This document shows, piece after piece, positions 57,931 through 64,000 of a stretch of 64,000 bases of DNA. The position numbers and the translations under genes were made by a program. The stretch's first letter is position 1. Every line of letters starts with the position of its first letter. The notes beneath the pieces were generated by a model that saw nothing but the letters and a program-made list of their open reading frames with translations, was not told where the DNA came from and searched no databases. The stretch spans positions 1,152,001-1,216,000 of the forward strand of contig OZ219815.1 in the NCBI GenBank assembly GCA_964291235.2, in the 5' to 3' direction. The stretch is from Vicinamibacteria bacterium. Its GTDB lineage: Bacteria > Acidobacteriota > Vicinamibacteria > Marinacidobacterales > Marinacidobacteraceae.

Positions 57931-60900
57931 ATGCGGGGCCGGCGACTTGGCGGGATTGCGTTGCAAGGGGTAGGACGCTGCGCGCGGGCAAGCCTGGCGC
58001 GCCTGAACGCGTTGCTCACCGCCCTGGCGATAGCCGGGCTGACGTTGTTGTCCGCCCCGACGGTGATGGCCCAGTCAGACATCTGGTCGGCCTCGCTCGT
58101 CCCGAAGAGGTCGCCAAGTACTTTCTTTTGGGGCTGCGCCAACAACGACTCTGATCATTTGTGCACCGACCAGCTCTCGCCCGACTCCTTCACATACAGC
58201 GGCACGACCTATCAGGTCACAGAGGTCACGGTGAAAACTCTTCTCGACGGCACCACGGAGCTAGTTTTCGGCCTCAACCACGCGATTCCCAAAGCATTGT
58301 CGCTTTACGTCGGCAGTCGGGAGTACTCCTTTGGCGACGCACAATTCGCTGGCGACAAGGTCGCGAAGTGGAGCCCCGCTGGCCTGACCTGGGTCGGTAA
58401 TTCTACGGTTTCGCTAAGCCTAAAGCTGGACACGACGTCGCCGGCCGTCTCGAGCGCGACGGTGGACGGCGCGACGCTGACCGTCAACTTCGATGGGAGC
58501 TTGGACACCAGCTCCGTGCCCGCGCCCGGCGACTTCCACGTCACTGTGGGGAGCAGTCGCCGCCATGTCGCCGCAGGCGGCGTAAGCATCGTCGGGAAGA
58601 CCGTGACTCTTACCCTGTCATCGGCGGTCATCGCTACCGACACGGTCAAGGTGGGCTACACGCAGCCGAGCGCCAACGCGCTGCAGGACGCGAACGGCAA
58701 CAAGGTGGCGACGTTCACCGATCAGGACGTGACCAACAACTCGCCGCCGGTGATCTTGTCGGTGGCGACCACGTCTACGCCCGACCACGATTCGGATCGT
58801 AGTGGGACGCCCGACACCTACTCGCTCGGCGGGAAGATCGCCGTGGAGGTCACGTTCAGCGAGGCCGTCGCGGTCAGCGGCGGGAACGCCAACGTGAGGC
58901 TGCGCCTCGACCTGGGCGCGGACGATGCCGATCTTGACAACAGCAGAAAGCTGCTTCAGCTCCATAGCGCGAACGGCCCGACGCTGCGTTTCGAGTACAC
59001 GGTCACAGCCGCGGACACGGACCCCGACGGGATATGGGTGCAGAAGCTGAGCTCGGGCAGCGTGTTGGGCCTGGCCGGCGGCGCGACGATCACGAGCCCG
59101 CGCACGAGCCATAACGCCGTGCTGACGAAGGACGGCCTGCCGACCTCGGGCGACCCGAACCACAAGGTGGACGGCAGCGTGGACCAGTCGCCGATGTTTC
59201 AGGGCGCGGTGGTGAACGGCAAGCGCCTCACGATCACCTTCAACCGGAACCTGGACGAAAGCTCGGTGCCCCTGCCGGCCGCCTTCCCGGTGACCGTGGG
59301 GACGAGCAGCCCCGCGCATCCCGCCGAGGTGGACATCGCCGGTGCAACAGTGGTCTTGACCCTGTCTTCGCCGGTGGGCGACGCCGACACGGTCAAGGTG
59401 AAGTACACGAAGGCGGATGCCGGGGCCAACCCGTTGCGGAGCATCACCAGCATCGAAGCGGCGGCGTTCGCCGACCAGGAGGTGACGAACGAGACGCCCT
59501 CGGGCGTTCCGACGATGTTGTCGGTGTCGATCACCTCGGCCCCGTCACTGGATGCGGACGGCGACGGGACGCCGGACACGTACGGCCAGGGCGAGACGAT
59601 CTTCGTGGACGTCCGGTTCGACCAGCCGGTCGGGGTGGACGACGGCGGTGCGGCGGGCAACGTCTTCGTGTGGCTGGACATGGCCCCGAACGGCGCCCTG
59701 CGGCTGGACGAGGACCGCCGGGCGCTCCCCTTCCATGGTCTCGGCCGGGGCGGCAGGATCATGCGGTTCCAGTACACGGTGACAGCCGCTGACCGGGACG
59801 CCGACGGGGTGTTCGTGCAGCCGGACCTCGACAACGACACGGTGGTGTTCCTGAAAGGGGGCGCGAGCGTCAAGAGCCCGACCACGGACCGGCTCGCCGT
59901 ACTGAAGTTTGCGGGGCTTCCGTTCGATGGCGACACCAGCCACCGGGTGGACGGCAGCGCGATCGTCACCGCGCCGGCCTTGTCGAGGGCAGTGGTGAAC
60001 GGGCGGACTCTGACCCTCAGGTTCAGCGAGGCCCTCGACCCGTCGTCGGCGCCAGCGGGCGAAGCCTTCACGGTGAGCGGGGGTCGGTCCGGCACCGGCA
60101 CCGCGATCGTCTCCGGCAACATGGTGACAGTGACGCTGGACGCGGCCGTGGAGCGTGGCGAGGCGGTGACGGTGAGCTACGCCGCGCCGAGCAGCAACCC
60201 TCTCCGGGACGCCGACGGCAATGCCGTGGCGAGTTTTTCGGCCCGGAGCGCGACGAACGTGGAGGCCCGCCGTGAGCCGCTCGCCGACGCTGGCCCCGAC
60301 AGAACCGTGGGGCTAGGAGCGCGCGTGAGGCTCGACGGCTGGGCGAGCGTCGATCCAGACGGCGACACGCTGACGTACGCCTGGACCCAGACCGGCGGCC
60401 CAGCCCTGAACCTCAGCGGCTCCCGCAGCATAACGGCGTCGTTCACCGCGCCTGAAGTGGCCGGCACGCTGACCTTCCGTCTCACCGTCACCGATCCGGA
60501 AGGGCTCTCCGATTCGGACGAGGTGACGGTGACGGTGCGCGACCTTGAGATGAGCTTCGGCGACGCGCGGGTCGGGAGGCTGCTCTTGTCCACAGGCGAG
60601 ATGATGGAGCCGTTGCAACTGCCGGAGGCGAGCGGCGGGGGGGGTGGGGTCCGCTACGGGCTGACGTCGACGCCGGCGGGCCTGGCGGGGCTGGATCTCG
60701 ATCCGGTGACGCGATGGCTCACGGGCACGCCGACCGCGGCCGGGACCTTCACGTTCATGTGGCGCGCCACCGACGAGGACGGCGAGACGGCGGCCATCGC
60801 CTTTCTGGTGAGGGTGAACGGGGTGCCGGCCGCCCGGGCGGGGGCCGATTTCAGCGTGGACCCGGGGGCGCCGGCACGGCTCGACGGATCGGGAAGCGCG

Positions 60901-62898
60901 GACCCTGACGGCGACCGCCTGACCTTCGCCTGGACGCAGACCCTGGGCGCGCGGGTCGCGTTGTCGGACGCGAACCACGCGCAGCCGTCGTTCGAGGCGC
61001 CGTGGCGGCCCGAGCCCCTCGTCTTTCGGCTGACGGTCACCGACCCGGGCGGGCTCTTCGACTCCGACGAGGTGAGGGTGACCGTGCGGGACCTTGCGCC
61101 GAGCTTTGGCGACGCGGAGGTGGCGCCGCTGGTGCTCGACGTGGGGAATGAGATGCGAGCGGTGGTGCTCCCGGAGGCGAGCGGCGGCAACGGCGCGCTG
61201 AGCTACCGCCTGACCTCGGCTCCGGCGGGTCTCGTCGGGCTCGACTTCGATCCGGCGAAGCGCCGGCTCTCGGGGACGCCCGACGCCAAGGGGCAGTATG
61301 TCTTCACCTACCGGGCGGACGATGCTGACGGCAACCGCCAGAACTGGGACGCGGCGCTGCTGACGTTCACGGTGACGGTCAACCCGTCGGTCGAGGCGCG
61401 GAAGCGGATCCTGACGCGCACGCTGGCGGCGGTGGGCTCGACTGCGCTGTCGAGCGCGCTCGATACCATCGGGTCGCGCTTCGCCGACGCGATGCCCGGC
61501 ACGACCGTGTCGCTCGCTGGCGAGCAGCTCTCGTTCGCGGTGCCCGGCGGTGTCGGCGGCGCCCACGGGGCCTGCCCTGCGGGCGGCTACGGGGGGCACG
61601 ACAGCGAGCGGAACGGCTTCGGCGGTGGAGCCGTCGAGGGCGGCTTCGGTCGATCGGGCTTCGGGGCGGGCGCGCGCGGCTGCGGCGGTGGGATAGGCGC
61701 CCTTGGCGCCGGCGGCGACGCCGGGTGGGGCGACCTGCTCCGTTCGAGCGCCTTCTCGCTGAGTCTCGGGCAGCCCGGGGCGGACGACGCTACGGCGTGG
61801 CGCTGGGGTGTGTGGGGCGGCGGCGACGTGACGGAATTCGCAGGCGAGCCCGATCCGGGCTCGCGCTACCGGGGCGAGGCGTGGACCGGCTGGCTCGGGA
61901 TCGACGCGCGGGCGGGCCGGTGGGTTGCCGGGCTCGCAGCCTCCTACGGGGTGAGCGAATCGAACTACCGCTTCGCCGGCGGCGAGGAAACGGACGAGTG
62001 GGGCCGGCTGGTGACCAATCTGGCCGCGTTCTACCCCTACGCACGCTGGACCCTCGGCAAGGGCCTGGAGGTGCGCGGGTTGGCTGGCGCCGGCCTCGGC
62101 GTTGCGCGCCACCGTATCTGGGACCGCGAGCGCGAGTCGAGTGACCTGTGGATGTCCATGGGGTCGGTCGGAGTACGCCAGGCGCTGCCGGCGGTCGCTG
62201 GGGTCAACGTGGCGGTGCGCACCGACGCGAGCTTCGCGCGGCTGGGGACCGGCGAGGGCGAAGAGGCGGTCCACGGGTTGCGCGCAAACATCTCGCGCGC
62301 GCGCATGGGGCTGGAGGTCTCGCGGGGGTTCGCGTTGGGCGCCGGAGCGGCGATCGAGCCGTTCGTCGAATCCTCGATGCGGCGCGACGGCGGCGACGGG
62401 CTGACCGGCAACGGCTTCGAGCACCTGGTCGGGATGCGCTTTCTGACGGCCCGGCTGCAAGTTGAGGCGCGGGGGCGGCTGCTGTCACTGCACACCGCCG
62501 AGGCGGCGCGAGAGCGCGGAGCGAGCCTGACCGCGCGGCTGAGCCCGAAGCGCGACGGGCGCGGGCTGTCGCTGTCGCTGATGCCGCAGTGGGGCGCGGC
62601 GACGGGCGCCGCCGATGCGCTCTGGCGCGAGGAGATGCCGCGGCTCCACGGAGTCACCGGCAGCGGCAGCGGAACGCTCGACGCGAACCTCGGCTACGGG
62701 GTCCGGCTGGCAGCCCACGGGCTGTTGACGCCTTTCGCTACGGCGAGGGCGTCCGGCCACGGCCGGGGCTTGCGGCTCGGGACGCGCTTCGGCCTTTTGC
62801 ACGCGGACCTCGATGTCGAGCTGTCGGGCGAGCGGCGCGAGCGCAGCGTCACCGCGCCCGATCACGGCGTCAGGCTCGATCTTCGGCTCCGGTTCTGA
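57931..62898 (+). CDS. Large autotransporter adhesin with SwmB, PKD-like and putative Ig repeats
   Basis: Signal peptide ending LSAPTVMA-QS; three SwmB-like repeats (ATVDGATLTVNFDGSLD); two ADAGPD..SxDPDGDxLT(Y/F)AWTQ PKD-like domains; two LPEASGG..LxGTP Ig-like domains; C-terminal beta-barrel ending LRLRF. Start approximate. Confidence 0.88.
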   Translation: MRGRRLGGIALQGVGRCARASLARLNALLTALAIAGLTLLSAPTVMAQSDIWSASLVPKRSPSTFFWGCANNDSDHLCTDQLSPDSFTYSGTTYQVTEVTVKTLLDGTTELVFGLNHAIPKALSLYVGSREYSFGDAQFAGDKVAKWSPAGLTWVGNSTVSLSLKLDTTSPAVSSATVDGATLTVNFDGSLDTSSVPAPGDFHVTVGSSRRHVAAGGVSIVGKTVTLTLSSAVIATDTVKVGYTQPSANALQDANGNKVATFTDQDVTNNSPPVILSVATTSTPDHDSDRSGTPDTYSLGGKIAVEVTFSEAVAVSGGNANVRLRLDLGADDADLDNSRKLLQLHSANGPTLRFEYTVTAADTDPDGIWVQKLSSGSVLGLAGGATITSPRTSHNAVLTKDGLPTSGDPNHKVDGSVDQSPMFQGAVVNGKRLTITFNRNLDESSVPLPAAFPVTVGTSSPAHPAEVDIAGATVVLTLSSPVGDADTVKVKYTKADAGANPLRSITSIEAAAFADQEVTNETPSGVPTMLSVSITSAPSLDADGDGTPDTYGQGETIFVDVRFDQPVGVDDGGAAGNVFVWLDMAPNGALRLDEDRRALPFHGLGRGGRIMRFQYTVTAADRDADGVFVQPDLDNDTVVFLKGGASVKSPTTDRLAVLKFAGLPFDGDTSHRVDGSAIVTAPALSRAVVNGRTLTLRFSEALDPSSAPAGEAFTVSGGRSGTGTAIVSGNMVTVTLDAAVERGEAVTVSYAAPSSNPLRDADGNAVASFSARSATNVEARREPLADAGPDRTVGLGARVRLDGWASVDPDGDTLTYAWTQTGGPALNLSGSRSITASFTAPEVAGTLTFRLTVTDPEGLSDSDEVTVTVRDLEMSFGDARVGRLLLSTGEMMEPLQLPEASGGGGGVRYGLTSTPAGLAGLDLDPVTRWLTGTPTAAGTFTFMWRATDEDGETAAIAFLVRVNGVPAARAGADFSVDPGAPARLDGSGSADPDGDRLTFAWTQTLGARVALSDANHAQPSFEAPWRPEPLVFRLTVTDPGGLFDSDEVRVTVRDLAPSFGDAEVAPLVLDVGNEMRAVVLPEASGGNGALSYRLTSAPAGLVGLDFDPAKRRLSGTPDAKGQYVFTYRADDADGNRQNWDAALLTFTVTVNPSVEARKRILTRTLAAVGSTALSSALDTIGSRFADAMPGTTVSLAGEQLSFAVPGGVGGAHGACPAGGYGGHDSERNGFGGGAVEGGFGRSGFGAGARGCGGGIGALGAGGDAGWGDLLRSSAFSLSLGQPGADDATAWRWGVWGGGDVTEFAGEPDPGSRYRGEAWTGWLGIDARAGRWVAGLAASYGVSESNYRFAGGEETDEWGRLVTNLAAFYPYARWTLGKGLEVRGLAGAGLGVARHRIWDRERESSDLWMSMGSVGVRQALPAVAGVNVAVRTDASFARLGTGEGEEAVHGLRANISRARMGLEVSRGFALGAGAAIEPFVESSMRRDGGDGLTGNGFEHLVGMRFLTARLQVEARGRLLSLHTAEAARERGASLTARLSPKRDGRGLSLSLMPQWGAATGAADALWREEMPRLHGVTGSGSGTLDANLGYGVRLAAHGLLTPFATARASGHGRGLRLGTRFGLLHADLDVELSGERRERSVTAPDHGVRLDLRLRF

Positions 62899-63341
62899 GA
62901 GGGGTCGGGAGCGGTCACCCGCGCCGATCGGTGGGCAGCGATGGGTTGTCGCCGACAAGGGGTTCCCGGTCCCGGCCGCACTCGGCGGCAAGTGGAACGG
63001 GGTCGGAGCGAACCGGAACGCGCTGCGGACGTGACGCACGGGTCGGACGGTACCGGCGGCGCCGACCATGGGAGTCGGCGCTTGCCGGATCCCGTCGCCC
63101 GCGCCCTCGATCTTTCGGGGATCTGCGGCGGTCCGGAGTTCATCGGGCCAGGGCCGGACGCGGTGCGCCGCGTGCGCCGGTTGGCCGCCATCCTCCGGGG
63201 CGGCTTGCTGAAACGCAGGGAGATGTGCCCTCAGCCAATGGAACGCGAACCCACCGGGGATCGCCGGGGTGCCGACCGGCGTGACGGCAGGAACGGTTCG
63301 AACGCCGTGAGCCGCTGAACTGGAAGGATCGGCGAGCGGCG

Positions 63342-64000
63342 ATGGAGTGGCGCTGTTCGGAGTCCGGGTTGCGGTACCGGATCGCGGATTCGGGGGAAGT
63401 CGTCGTTGCGGTGGAGCCCGGGAGTGCGGTGCTGGCCGAGAGCGGCCGGCTGATGTATCGCCGCGGAGAGGTGGACTGGTCCCTTGCGGCGAGCGGCCGG
63501 GGGATGGTCGGACGGTGGCTGCAGCGGGCGGAGCGCCGGTCGGCCGGGATGGAGGCGCGCATGAGCCGGTACGCGGGAGCTGGGGAGCTGGGGTTCGCGC
63601 CGGCGGTTCCCGGCGAAGTGTCGGCGGTGGAGTTGCGGCCCGGCGCGGCGGACGTGGTGTGCCAGGCGGAGAGCCTGGTGGCGGTCGAGGCGGGGATCCG
63701 GGCCGATGTCGCGCTCGTGCGCCGCATCCGGGAAGCGGGATCCCGGACGACGCTGGCGATGCTCCGGCTGACGGGTGAGGGCGTTGCGTTCCTGTGCGCG
63801 CACGGGTCGGCGGCGCCGGTGGAGCTGGACGCCGGGGAACCCCTGGAGGCCGCGTGGTGGGCGGTGGCCTGGTACGAGGCGACCGCCGACTACCGGCTGC
63901 TGGTGACGGGGGGCGGCGGGATGTCCCGGGAGACGCGGGCGTGGATGGCCGGGATCACGGGACCGGGGCTGGTCGTGCTCCAGGGGCAGCGGGGAGGGAT
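63342..64000 (+). CDS. AIM24 family protein, runs off the right edge
   Basis: Manual translation from ATG 63342: VEPGSAVLAESGRLMY, GELGFAPAVPGEV, LRLTGEGVAFLCAHG, ELDAGE, ITGPGLVVLQ. Open to the window end, so absent from the ORF track. Confidence 0.78.
   Translation, partial: MEWRCSESGLRYRIADSGEVVVAVEPGSAVLAESGRLMYRRGEVDWSLAASGRGMVGRWLQRAERRSAGMEARMSRYAGAGELGFAPAVPGEVSAVELRPGAADVVCQAESLVAVEAGIRADVALVRRIREAGSRTTLAMLRLTGEGVAFLCAHGSAAPVELDAGEPLEAAWWAVAWYEATADYRLLVTGGGGMSRETRAWMAGITGPGLVVLQGQRGG

Larger units (their letters stand above)
54110..64000. mobile_element. Genomic island integrated at tRNA-Ser (left part; attR not in window)
   Basis: P4-type integrase directly 3' of the tRNA, lower-GC cargo, a second recombinase and an adhesin. 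Confidence 0.8.

Noticed and set aside
62941-63318. 125-aa ORF between the adhesin and the AIM24 gene
   Set aside because: Low-complexity Arg/Gly-rich translation with no recognisable motif or RBS.

Overview
High-GC bacterial chromosome segment. The gene repertoire (DUF5916 and VPS10/BNR paralogues, PQQ dehydrogenase with cytochrome c, SwmB-repeat autotransporter, TPR-FGE protein) suggests an Acidobacteriota- or Gemmatimonadota-like, possibly host-associated organism; this is inference only. The backbone from 1 to 54 kb encodes a PotABD-like ABC transporter, four tandem paralogue pairs, PhoD, an S9 peptidase, RecQ, an Nramp transporter, a PQQ dehydrogenase operon, a GcvT-like/Rieske pair, an RNA ligase, an APC permease and TadA. 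It is interrupted by TA modules, a small defence-like patch (27.7-33.7 kb), a foreign PIN-like membrane gene (46.5-48.5 kb) and two families of REP/REPIN-like repeats. A genomic island starts at tRNA-Ser(CGA) (54017-54109) with a P4-type integrase. The main discovery lies inside this island. A Cre-like tyrosine recombinase gene is flanked by two inverted 30-bp lox-like sites with an identical 6-bp spacer (56237-56266 and 57696-57725). Inversion would place a perfect TTGACA 18 bp upstream of a fixed TAGTGT, building a sigma70 promoter in front of a ~1650-aa SwmB/Ig autotransporter adhesin. This is a candidate self-inverting phase-variation switch, captured in the predicted OFF state. All family assignments come from motif recognition by eye, with no database searches.
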